64,000 bases of DNA from a bacterium (lineage in GTDB: Bacteria > Actinomycetota > Thermoleophilia > Solirubrobacterales > Solirubrobacteraceae): assembly GCA_021323635.1 (NCBI GenBank), contig JAJPKQ010000027.1, forward strand, positions 9,563 through 73,562, given 5' to 3'. Below, in pieces: positions 1 to 8,485 of this stretch (the stretch's first letter is position 1; each line of letters opens with the position of its first letter). The notes beneath the pieces were generated by a model. It was not told the DNA's origin. It was given only the letters and a program-made list of their open reading frames with translations, and did not search any database. Position numbers and translations under genes: made by a program.

Positions 1-1
1 G

Positions 2-271
2 GAGTTTCTCCATTACCTGACCTTCCGCGAGGCCGCGGCGCCGATGCCGACGCTTGCCGCTCCCTACGGGCGCGCTCAGCTTGACTTCTTGGAACGCCAT
101 CCGGGGCGCTTCGTGCCGCAGATCGCAGAGCGCCTGCGCTCGATCGATGCGCCGAAGCCCTTCGCAGCGCTCGGTGAGCTGCTGGAGGCCTTCATCACAG
201 CCGAGCGCACCCATCTGGCCAGCGCCGGGACGGGCACCGCCACAGTTGCCACCGCGTCTTTCGGACGCTGA
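2..271 (+). CDS. TorD/DmsD/EbdD-family molybdoenzyme maturation chaperone, 5'-truncated by window edge
   Basis: Frame open from base 2: EFLHYLTFREAAAPMPTLAAPYGRAQLDFLERHPGRF resembles the E-F-x-H-Y-L...AQxDFLERH C-terminal segment of type II DMSO-reductase chaperones; lies directly upstream of a Mo-enzyme gene. Confidence 0.7.
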   Translation, partial: EFLHYLTFREAAAPMPTLAAPYGRAQLDFLERHPGRFVPQIAERLRSIDAPKPFAALGELLEAFITAERTHLASAGTGTATVATASFGR

Positions 272-278
272 GGTCGAG

Positions 279-3131
279 GTGTCGCAGGAGCGCAGCCAGG
301 CTCCCAGCTTGGGGCCGGATCTCCGCGATGGGCGCGACCACCTTGAGCGCTACCGCGATCGCGTGCGCTTCTCTGACGTCGCCTTTGGCACGCACTGCGC
401 CAACTGCCTGGCGATGTGCCCCTACCGCATCTTCACCCGCGATGGCGAGATCAGCTTCGAGGAGCCCGCCGGCGTGCTGCCCGCGGTCTCGCCCGGGGTC
501 CCGGACATGAATCCGATGAGCTGTCAGAAGGGCGCGGCCTGGAGCGCCAAGCGCCACGCTGCAGATCGCCTGCTCCATCCGCTGATCCGCGAGGGCGAGC
601 GCGGGTCGGGACGCTTCCGGCGCGCAAGCTGGGACGAGGCGCTCTCGATGATCGCCGATGCTCTGATCGACACGCTTGTGGAGGAGGGGCCCGAATCGAT
701 CGTCTTCGAGGAGACGACCGAGGGCGGGCTGGTCTGCTGGGCCTCCTACCTGCGCTTCGCCTCGCTGCTCGATGCGGTCAGCCTCGACGGCAACGGCCTG
801 ATCAACGACTTCTTGATCGGGCAGTACATGACCTTCGGCAAGTACGCGATGGCCTCCTCTGTCGACGACACGTTTCACAGCAAGCTGATCCTGATCTGGC
901 ACTCCAACCCTGCTGCGACGAACATTCCCCATTACCACTTCATCAGCGAGGCTCGCTACGCGGGCGCGGAGGTGGTCAACATCGCGCCCGACTACAACCC
1001 CTCCTCGCTGCACGCCGACCGCTACGTCCCGGTGCGCCCCGGCTCCGACGCAGCGCTTGCGCTCGCGATGTGCCAGGTGATCCTCTCCGAGGGGCTTGCG
1101 GACACCGAGTTCATCAGGGAGCAGACCGATCTGGCGCTGCTGATCGACACGCAGAGCGGCCGCTTCCTGCGCGGCGCCGATCTCGCCCCGGAGGGCTCTG
1201 ATGAGCAGTTCTACTGGTGGGAGGAGCGCGAGGGCCTGATCGAGGCGCCGCGCGGATCGCTTGCGCTCAATGGCGCCACGCCGGCGCTCGAGGGCGAGCA
1301 CGAGCTGCAAGTCGGCGAAGGCGAGCGCACGATCACCGTGCGTCCGGCGCTTGCGCTGCTGCGTGAGCGCCTGGACGCCGCGTACACGCCGGAGCTCAGC
1401 GCGGAGATCTGCGGCGTGCACCCGGACGTGATCAGGGAGCTGGCACGCAAGGCGGCGGCGCAGCCGACGAAGATCCTTGCCGGCTACAACACGCCCAAGT
1501 ACTACCACGGCGATCTGATCGAACGCTCGCTGGTGCTGCTGCTGGCGCTGACCGGCAACTGGGGGCGCCCGGGCAGCGGGATCCAGGGGCTCTGCGTGCT
1601 CGGGCCCGACGGCTACTTCCTCTTCCAGCTGAAGGGCAAGCCGGGGCTGGCCGAGACGGAGCAGATTGTCGCCGGCATCGCCGGGGCGATGAGCGCAGCC
1701 AAGGAGCAGAGCCCGGGCATCACCGATGAGATCGCAGGGCTGCAGTTCCTGCAGAGCGCCGCGGCCCAGGGCACATCCGCGCCGCCCTTCTTCTTCTGGT
1801 ACTACCACTGCGGCTACCGCGAGGTGTGGAACAACCGCGAGTGGAACGACCCGGAGATGCGTCGTCCCTTTGACGACTACTTCCGCGAGGCGAGCGAGAA
1901 GGGCTGGTGGGCGGGCGTCGCGCGGCCAGGGCCCGAGAGCGAGCCGCGAGTGCTCTTCGGCGTGGGCACCAACACGCTGCGGCGCACGCGTGGCGGTCGG
2001 CGCATGCTGCTCGAGCATCTGTGGCCGAAGCTGCGCCTGATCGTCTCGGTGGACTGGCGCATCTCCTCGACGGGCGCGCATGCGGACGTGATCCTGCCCG
2101 CCGCTCCCCAGTTCGAGCGCTCGAACGTGCAGTACGCGCTCACGGGGCCGATGCGCCTGGGCTTCTCCGATCACTGCGCGCCGCGGCTCGGGGAGGCGCG
2201 CTCGGAGTGGGAGATCTTCAGCGCGCTCTCGGAGAAGGTCGCCGAGCGCGCGCGGGCGCGCGGCGTGCGCGAGTACCGCGACAGCCGCCGCCAGCGCCGC
2301 CGCCTGGACGACCTCGGCGAGCGCTTCACCGCCGCGGGCGCCTTCGCGGATGAGGAGGCGGTGATCGACGAGTGGCTGCGCGACTCCGCAGCGACCGGCA
2401 TGCTGCCGGCAGGAGCGAGCATCGACACCCTGCGCGAGGAGGGCTCGATGCGCTTTGCGGGCCTTGGCATCTTCCCGATGGGGCTTGGCGCGGCGGGCGA
2501 CGTCGCGCCGGATAAGCCCTTTGTCGCCTTCAGCTGGCACACGCAGGGCAAGCTGCCCTATCCGACGCTCACCCAACGCGCGCAGTTCTACATCGACCAC
2601 CCCTGGTTCATCGAGGCCGACGAGGCGCTGCCCCGGCACAAGGAGCCGCCGAAGATGGGCGGCGAGCACCCGCTGCTGCTGACCTCCGGCCACAGCCGCT
2701 ACTCGATCCACTCCACCAACATGAGCAACCCGGTGCTGCTTGAAACGCATCGCGGCGAGCCCGTCTGCATGCTCTCCGTGCGCGACGCGCAACAGCGGCA
2801 GATCAGCGACGGCGAGCAGGCATGCGTCTTCAACGACTGCGCCAGGATGCGGATCGCGGTGAAGGTCTCGCCCGCCGTGCGCCCGGGGCAGATCATCATC
2901 TACAACGGCTGGGAGCCCTTCCTGCTCTCGGGCTGGGAGGGCGCAAACGAGCTCGAGCCGGGGATGATCAAGTGGCTGCATCTTGTCGCCCGCTACGGGC
3001 ATCTGCGCTACCTGCCCTTCAACTGGCAGCCGGTTCCAAGCGATCGGGCGGTGTTCGTGGACGTGCGGCCTCTGGATGAGGGCGAGCGGGAGCGCTATGA
3101 GCAAAACAGTCAAGCAAAGGAGATTCGATGA
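279..3131 (+). CDS. Molybdopterin (bis-MGD) oxidoreductase alpha subunit, type II DMSO reductase family (EbdA/S25dA/NarG-like clade)
   Basis: N-terminal FS0 motif THCANCLAMC...NPMSCQKG (His + 3 Cys); candidate Asp Mo ligand in NGLINDF; IWHSNP, IAPDYNPSSLHAD, DVILPAAPQFE; C-terminal molydopterin-binding domain SGHSRYSIHS. GTG 279 chosen just after the chaperone stop; the ORF-track extension to 54 overlaps the chaperone. Confidence 0.9.
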   Translation: MSQERSQAPSLGPDLRDGRDHLERYRDRVRFSDVAFGTHCANCLAMCPYRIFTRDGEISFEEPAGVLPAVSPGVPDMNPMSCQKGAAWSAKRHAADRLLHPLIREGERGSGRFRRASWDEALSMIADALIDTLVEEGPESIVFEETTEGGLVCWASYLRFASLLDAVSLDGNGLINDFLIGQYMTFGKYAMASSVDDTFHSKLILIWHSNPAATNIPHYHFISEARYAGAEVVNIAPDYNPSSLHADRYVPVRPGSDAALALAMCQVILSEGLADTEFIREQTDLALLIDTQSGRFLRGADLAPEGSDEQFYWWEEREGLIEAPRGSLALNGATPALEGEHELQVGEGERTITVRPALALLRERLDAAYTPELSAEICGVHPDVIRELARKAAAQPTKILAGYNTPKYYHGDLIERSLVLLLALTGNWGRPGSGIQGLCVLGPDGYFLFQLKGKPGLAETEQIVAGIAGAMSAAKEQSPGITDEIAGLQFLQSAAAQGTSAPPFFFWYYHCGYREVWNNREWNDPEMRRPFDDYFREASEKGWWAGVARPGPESEPRVLFGVGTNTLRRTRGGRRMLLEHLWPKLRLIVSVDWRISSTGAHADVILPAAPQFERSNVQYALTGPMRLGFSDHCAPRLGEARSEWEIFSALSEKVAERARARGVREYRDSRRQRRRLDDLGERFTAAGAFADEEAVIDEWLRDSAATGMLPAGASIDTLREEGSMRFAGLGIFPMGLGAAGDVAPDKPFVAFSWHTQGKLPYPTLTQRAQFYIDHPWFIEADEALPRHKEPPKMGGEHPLLLTSGHSRYSIHSTNMSNPVLLETHRGEPVCMLSVRDAQQRQISDGEQACVFNDCARMRIAVKVSPAVRPGQIIIYNGWEPFLLSGWEGANELEPGMIKWLHLVARYGHLRYLPFNWQPVPSDRAVFVDVRPLDEGERERYEQNSQAKEIR

Positions 3132-4600
3132 CCGAGCAGACGATCGCGCCGGCAGGCGCCACCCTCACCGAGAGCGAGCGCGCTCAGCTGAGCCACGCCT
3201 TCGAGCGCACGCCCGGCCTCTTTGCGCTGCTCTCGACCCTGCGCACGCGCCGCGTGGGCCTTGGCTACCGCTGCGAGAGCGGCGAGGCCGAGACGCTCTC
3301 ATGGTCGAGCGGCAAGACCGTCCGCCAGGCGCGCGGCCCGCTTGCCTACGTCTCCGACCAGGAGCCCCGGCCGCTGTCGGAGCTCGAGGAGGCGCTCGTC
3401 CTGTGGGCGGCGTGCGGCCCGAACGGGATCACCTTTGCCGACATCCCGGTGCACGGCAACCTCTCGAGCCTGATGAGCTGGGCGGGGCGGACGATCCCCG
3501 CCGCGGACTCCAACGCGGCCCTTGACGTATTTGTGGTCAACGACTCGGGCACCTACATCTACAGGCCCGGCGACGAGCGCAGCGCGCCTGTGGAGATTCG
3601 CTCCGCGGAGGACTACGGAAAGGTTCTGCAGTGGTACCGCCAGGGGATGATCAAGGTCAGCGATCGCAGGCCGGACATCGGCTGGCACGCGGGGCCAGAG
3701 GACACGCGCTCGGTGGACATGATGAGCCCGGGCCAGTACAACGTCAACCGTCCGGGCTCGACCTGGCTGATCCCGGTCTCAGACGTCGGCCTGGACTGGT
3801 TCAACCTGCTCTTCTCCTGCTATGAGTGGTGGGGCACCTTCCTCGCCAAGCCCGAGGACTTCTCCCCCGCGGGGTGCGACATCTGGGTCAAGCCGGGATT
3901 TCTCGAGACCGGCTGGCCGATCCCGGCCTTCGACCAGATGGTCGCCTGCCAGCACGCCGCGCAGGCGGGGGCGCTGATCGGAAACGTGCGCCTGGCCTGC
4001 GAGGCGATCGGGCTGGGCGCCTGGCGTCTTGGCGCCTACTCCACCGACCTTGTGCTGGGCGGCTTTCCGGATGTTGCCAAGGGGCTGGGCTTCCAGTACA
4101 TGGAGCGCGACGCAGCGCGCAATCCGATGGCGGTGATGACCTCGGTGGGACTGCCGGGCTTCAAGGATGCGGTGGTCGTGCCCTCTGAGCGCTTTCCGAG
4201 CGCAGCCGACGCGGTCCATTACGTCAAGGAGCTGCGCTACCGCGACGGCGGTCCGCTCTCGGTGATGCGCAACTACGCGCGCGAGCACGGCGGCCCGTTC
4301 AAGGATGACGTGATGGAAGAGATCCTCGAGCATCCGCGCACGCACATCTCCGCGGAGTGGGTCGAGACGGCGGTGACCGAGACGGTGCAGTACGTGATCG
4401 ACACCTATGGCGTGGCGCCTGCGTTCACCAATCCGGTGCACGCTCACGTCTCAGTCCAGGTCCACCACGTCGATGCGGGCTTCTACAGGCGCTTTCACGT
4501 GCCCGGCGATGATGGCGAGCCCTACGCGCTCACGCCCGCGGTGCGCTCGCACTTCGCAGACTTTCACCCCGGCGAGAGCGACCCCTATGCGCGCTCCTGA
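3128..4600 (+). CDS. Nitroreductase-fold (SagB/ThcOx-like) putative flavoprotein of unknown function
   Basis: LRTRR (FMN-phosphate-binding-like Arg cluster), LSELEEAL, GRTIPAAD..., AGALIGNVRLACEAIGLGAW match the nitroreductase-fold pattern; ATGA overlap with the upstream gene. Confidence 0.6.
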   Translation: MTEQTIAPAGATLTESERAQLSHAFERTPGLFALLSTLRTRRVGLGYRCESGEAETLSWSSGKTVRQARGPLAYVSDQEPRPLSELEEALVLWAACGPNGITFADIPVHGNLSSLMSWAGRTIPAADSNAALDVFVVNDSGTYIYRPGDERSAPVEIRSAEDYGKVLQWYRQGMIKVSDRRPDIGWHAGPEDTRSVDMMSPGQYNVNRPGSTWLIPVSDVGLDWFNLLFSCYEWWGTFLAKPEDFSPAGCDIWVKPGFLETGWPIPAFDQMVACQHAAQAGALIGNVRLACEAIGLGAWRLGAYSTDLVLGGFPDVAKGLGFQYMERDAARNPMAVMTSVGLPGFKDAVVVPSERFPSAADAVHYVKELRYRDGGPLSVMRNYAREHGGPFKDDVMEEILEHPRTHISAEWVETAVTETVQYVIDTYGVAPAFTNPVHAHVSVQVHHVDAGFYRRFHVPGDDGEPYALTPAVRSHFADFHPGESDPYARS

Positions 4601-4639
4601 CCCAAAGAGCCCGCTCCCAGCTCCAGAGGGAGCGTCACG

Positions 4640-5173
4640 GTGAGCCTCGGCGTCCTCTACGGGGTCCTGCACGACCTCGCCTTCTCGGTCTACATCGGCG
4701 GGCTGGTGTATGCGGAGATCGTGCTGCCGCCCGCGGCCAACGCGATCGCGCCCGCGCAGGGGATGGTGGTGCGCCGCAAGGCGGGCGACCTGCAGATGAT
4801 CGCCGCCTGGAGCGCGCTGTTCCTGATCCTGATCACAGGCATCCTGCGCCTGGGCCACATGGGCATGCTCGCCTTTCCGGGCACATTCTTCCTGAAGCGC
4901 GAAGTTGCTGAAACCTCCTTCGGCCAGACGATCTTCACGATGTTCGGCCTTTGGTGCGTACTCGTGGCGATCGGCGTCGTGATGACGTTCGTGCTGCGAC
5001 CGCGCCTGGCGGGGAAGATCGACCCGACGCTCTCCGCGGCTGAGCGCGAGGCCAAGCAGCGCCAGATGATGAGCGCCGCGCGCTGGCTCTCGATCCTGCT
5101 GCGACTCGATCTCGCAGTGGCCGTGACCGCAGCGATCATGGGCGCCTCCCTGGCATACGGAGGGCTCGTGTGA
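4640..5173 (+). CDS. Four-helix membrane protein (CopD/DUF4149-like)
   Basis: Four hydrophobic segments; first helix LHDLAFSVYIGG resembles the H-x-L-A-x-x-x-W-x-GG start of CopD-like proteins. Confidence 0.55.
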   Translation: MSLGVLYGVLHDLAFSVYIGGLVYAEIVLPPAANAIAPAQGMVVRRKAGDLQMIAAWSALFLILITGILRLGHMGMLAFPGTFFLKREVAETSFGQTIFTMFGLWCVLVAIGVVMTFVLRPRLAGKIDPTLSAAEREAKQRQMMSAARWLSILLRLDLAVAVTAAIMGASLAYGGLV

Positions 5174-7212
5174 GCGCTCTGCAGGGCGCGCGCGAGCGGG
5201 TCCCGCCGGCGGGGAGGCTGACGGTCGAGCTCGAGCAGGACGCGGGGCTGCCAGGCGCGCGCGGGGCGCTCGTCGCCTACGACTCAGCTGAGCTTGCTGC
5301 GGGGGCGGCGCAGCTGGCCGCGCTGTGGCGGGAGCTTGGCGTGCGGCCAGGCGCGCGCGTGGTCGTCTACGACTATGGCGCAAGCCCGCTTGCCTTCCTT
5401 GCCGCAGCCGCATTTGCGCCGCATCTGCGGGAGGGCGCCGCGGAGCTGACCGGCGCCTCGGTGGTCTGCGTGGATGGGCTGCCGGACAACCTCACGCGCC
5501 TTGCGCAGGTGCTCGAGCGCTTTGCGCCAAGGCTGCTCTTCGTGCGCCTGGATCGCGTGGCGCTGCTCTTCAGCGGGCCGACCGCGCTCCCGGCGCAGCT
5601 GCGCGGGGCGCGGCTGGTGGTGAGCGCAGACGGGGAGGAGCCCGGTGCGCGTCAGCTTGCCTCCTGGCGGCGCGAGTGGCCGGGCGGGGTCGAGGTGCTC
5701 GTGCGCTGCGACTCGCTCAGGCAGCTGCGCAGGACCGGCAGCGGCGCGCGGATTCCCCGCTCGGGTGAGCAGGCGCTCAGGGTTTCCCCTCAGGAGGCGC
5801 CGGCGCAGCTTGCGCCCGGCGATGATCTCCTCGAGTGGGCTCCGCGCAGCGCCCTTGCAGCGCTGGCGCGCGAGCGGCTCCATCAGGTGCTGCATCGCGC
5901 GGCGCAGCTGCCGCTCTACCGCGAGCGCCTCGCGGGGGTGGCGATCGCGGAGATCGCCAGCTTTGACGACCTTGCAGCGCGCCTGCCGCGACTGCGCAAA
6001 GGCGAGCTGATCGCGGCGGGGGCGCGCAGCGGCGACTACCGCTGCGGGATCGAGGCCTGCGCAGGCGACCCGCCCGCTGTCTTCCTGACCTCCGGGACCA
6101 CGGGCAGGCCGACCTTTGCCGCGCTTGGCCGCCGGGAGCTTGCGGACGGCTCGGCGGCGGAAGTGCTGCGGGAGCTGCGCATGGACGGGATGCAGGAGGG
6201 GATGCGCGTGCTTGCCCAATACCCCGCCTGGCATCACTTGAGCGCGCTCGACAACCAGGCTCTGACCTGGCTTGGCGCAGAGGCGATCGTGCCCTTCGGG
6301 AGCTTCGTGCCACGCTACGCGCCGCGGCTGCTTGCGCTGATCGAGCGCACGCGCCCCGAATACCTGCTGACCGTGACGACGATGCTGCACGCGCTGATCG
6401 AGGAGGCGCGCGAGCGGGGGCGCGATCTGCGCCGGGTGTTCGCCTCGGTGCGCTACGCGATGGTTGCCGGCGAGCCGGTCAGCACGCGCGAGCGCGAGCG
6501 CCTCTGCGAAGAGCTGGGCCTCGAGGACCTCTTCGAGCGCGGAGGCTCAAGCGACGGGCTGTGGGGCGGCGCGGAATGCCCTGCGCACCGCGGCCATCAC
6601 GTCTGGATGGATCACCACCATGTCGAAGTGGTCGACCCATCAAGCGGCGCCCCGCTGCCTGCGGGCCAGCGCGGGAGCGTCGTTGTCACCAACCTCAGCA
6701 GCGACCGGTCGCTGTACATACGCTTCGACACCGAGGATCTGGGCGAGCTGCTGGACGGCGAGTGCCCCTGCGGCCGTGAGCACCCGCGCGTGGAGCTCTA
6801 CGGCCGCCTCGCGGACTGCGTGTCGCTGCAGGAGCGCCTGATCGCGCCCTATGACGTCCGCTCGCTGCTCGACGAGCTGGACGAGCTGATCGGCGTGCCG
6901 CTGCTGCTCGAGCACGCCGCCGCGCGCGAGCGCTCCGTGCTGCGGGTGCTGCTTGACTCCCGCGTACGCGGGGAGCGCACGCGCTCGCGTGCGCAGGCGC
7001 GCCTGGAGGCGGCATTGGGCGTCCACGCGGAGGTCGACTTCTGCGGTCCGCTCCCGCGGCGCTGGAAGGCGCGGGCGACGATCGAGCGCCAGCCGGGCAC
7101 GGTGCAGGCGCGACCTGCGCCGCCGGTGCGCTCCGCGGAGCGCGAGGAGGCGGGCGGTGGATCTCCTGCGCGGACGCGCAGGCGGCTGGCGACGACACAG
7201 AAGGGAGCATGA
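5170..7212 (+). CDS. Phenylacetate-CoA-ligase (PaaK/F390 synthetase)-like adenylate-forming enzyme with an extra degenerate N-terminal adenylation-like segment
   Basis: P-loop FLTSGTTGRPT; AGEP; ERGGSSDG; Zn-site-like ECPAHRGHH...CPCGR; RFDTEDLG. The first ~200 aa resemble a partial second copy (ELGVRPGARVVV...GASVVCVDG). Confidence 0.75.
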   Translation: MSALQGARERVPPAGRLTVELEQDAGLPGARGALVAYDSAELAAGAAQLAALWRELGVRPGARVVVYDYGASPLAFLAAAAFAPHLREGAAELTGASVVCVDGLPDNLTRLAQVLERFAPRLLFVRLDRVALLFSGPTALPAQLRGARLVVSADGEEPGARQLASWRREWPGGVEVLVRCDSLRQLRRTGSGARIPRSGEQALRVSPQEAPAQLAPGDDLLEWAPRSALAALARERLHQVLHRAAQLPLYRERLAGVAIAEIASFDDLAARLPRLRKGELIAAGARSGDYRCGIEACAGDPPAVFLTSGTTGRPTFAALGRRELADGSAAEVLRELRMDGMQEGMRVLAQYPAWHHLSALDNQALTWLGAEAIVPFGSFVPRYAPRLLALIERTRPEYLLTVTTMLHALIEEARERGRDLRRVFASVRYAMVAGEPVSTRERERLCEELGLEDLFERGGSSDGLWGGAECPAHRGHHVWMDHHHVEVVDPSSGAPLPAGQRGSVVVTNLSSDRSLYIRFDTEDLGELLDGECPCGREHPRVELYGRLADCVSLQERLIAPYDVRSLLDELDELIGVPLLLEHAAARERSVLRVLLDSRVRGERTRSRAQARLEAALGVHAEVDFCGPLPRRWKARATIERQPGTVQARPAPPVRSAEREEAGGGSPARTRRRLATTQKGA

Positions 7213-7219
7213 AGGACAA

Positions 7220-8485
7220 GTGGCAAAGACAATTGCGATCAACCCCTCCTGGTACTGGCCGGATGACATACCGCGCCTGCTGGGCGTGCCGCCGATGCGC
7301 GCTGAGCGGCTGCTGATCGAACGCTGGGCGCGGCGGCGGGCGGATGGCCTCGCGCTTGTCGATGTCGGACGCACCGGCGAGGCGCTCACCTACGCGGAGC
7401 TTCAGCAGCGCGTGCGCGGCGTTGCGGGCGCGCTTGCCGGCCGCGTGGCGCCGGGTGCGCGCGTCGCGATCTGCGATGCGCGGGGAAGCGCGGGGGTGAT
7501 CGCCCTGCTGGGCGCGCTAGCCGCCGGCACCAGGCCCGCGCTGCTTGCCTCCGCGACCGCGCTGCAGGAGGCGCTTGCGTTGCAGGACGGCGCTCCGCCC
7601 CAGCTTGCGATCGGCTGCGCAGGAGCGCCCCCCAGCGATCTCTCGCTCCCTGCGATCGCGCTCTCAGAGCTCCTCGGCGCCGCAGCACAGGCGGATGCTG
7701 CGCCGGCAGGCACAAGCTCCGACGTGCACGCCCCGGTGCTCGACCTGCCGAGCGGGCAGGGCCTCTTTGCCGCCCACTCCCACTACTCGCTGGTCGCCGG
7801 CGCGCTGTCGCTGGCCGCCTTTCTTGCCGCTGAGGGCCCGCAGTCGTGGCTCTCGGCGATCGAGCTGAGCCGCTGGGAGGGCATCTACAGCGTCTTTGCC
7901 GCCCTCTACAGCGGCGGCACCGCGGTGGTTTGTGACGCCCGCCAGGTCGGCGATGAGGCGGCGGCGGCGATCGCAGATCACAATGTCGCCTACGCGCTGC
8001 TGCCCTTCGATGCCCTCGGCGACCTCTCCCGGGGGCGGCCGCGGAGGCTCGCGGATGCGATCAAGCGCAACCTCACGGCGCTTTTGGTGAGCGTGCAGGA
8101 GCCCTTCTCCGCGGGCGAGCGCCGCAAGGCGCGCAAGACGCTTGACATCCCGATCCTGACGATCTACGGCCTGCCCGAGTGCGGCCCGATCCTCGCCTCG
8201 CACCCCAGCTGGTACGTCGACGAGTCCGTCGGCATCCCGCTCACCAACGTCGAGGTCCAGCCCGCGAACCCGCGCACGGGCGAGCCGCTTGACACCAACT
8301 GGGAGCTGCTCGACTACGCCACGATGGTCGTGCGCACGCCGCTGGTGATGAGCACATACGAGGGGAGCGCGGCCGGCGATCAGGCGCTCGCAGAGCGCCT
8401 GGAGGACGGCTGGTTTCGGACCTGGACCAATGCCTCCTTCGATGCCAACGGCATGATGTACCTGGTTGAGGGGAGCAGGCGATGA
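7220..8485 (+). CDS. AMP-binding (ANL superfamily) protein lacking the C-terminal subdomain
   Basis: LTYAELQQRV, TIYGLPECGPI, VRTPLVMSTY, DGWFRT...FDANGMMYL, then a stop; P-loop degenerate (LPSGQG). GTG 7220 follows AAGGA. Confidence 0.7.
   Translation: MAKTIAINPSWYWPDDIPRLLGVPPMRAERLLIERWARRRADGLALVDVGRTGEALTYAELQQRVRGVAGALAGRVAPGARVAICDARGSAGVIALLGALAAGTRPALLASATALQEALALQDGAPPQLAIGCAGAPPSDLSLPAIALSELLGAAAQADAAPAGTSSDVHAPVLDLPSGQGLFAAHSHYSLVAGALSLAAFLAAEGPQSWLSAIELSRWEGIYSVFAALYSGGTAVVCDARQVGDEAAAAIADHNVAYALLPFDALGDLSRGRPRRLADAIKRNLTALLVSVQEPFSAGERRKARKTLDIPILTIYGLPECGPILASHPSWYVDESVGIPLTNVEVQPANPRTGEPLDTNWELLDYATMVVRTPLVMSTYEGSAAGDQALAERLEDGWFRTWTNASFDANGMMYLVEGSRR

Noticed and set aside
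54-278. N-terminal extension of the Mo enzyme as a Tat leader
   Set aside because: It overlaps the chaperone CDS in another frame and lacks S/T-R-R-x-F-L-K.
195-3113. 972-aa minus-strand ORF
   Set aside because: Antisense shadow of the Mo enzyme caused by GC3 bias; no motifs. The same applies to 30491-32869, 41220-42905, 42953-44614, 51188-53101 and similar long Arg/Ala-rich ORFs.
279-3131. Calling the Mo enzyme narG
   Set aside because: About 950 aa versus ~1200 for NarG, no narHJI downstream, and the FS0/ligand context fits the broader type II clade; no symbol given.
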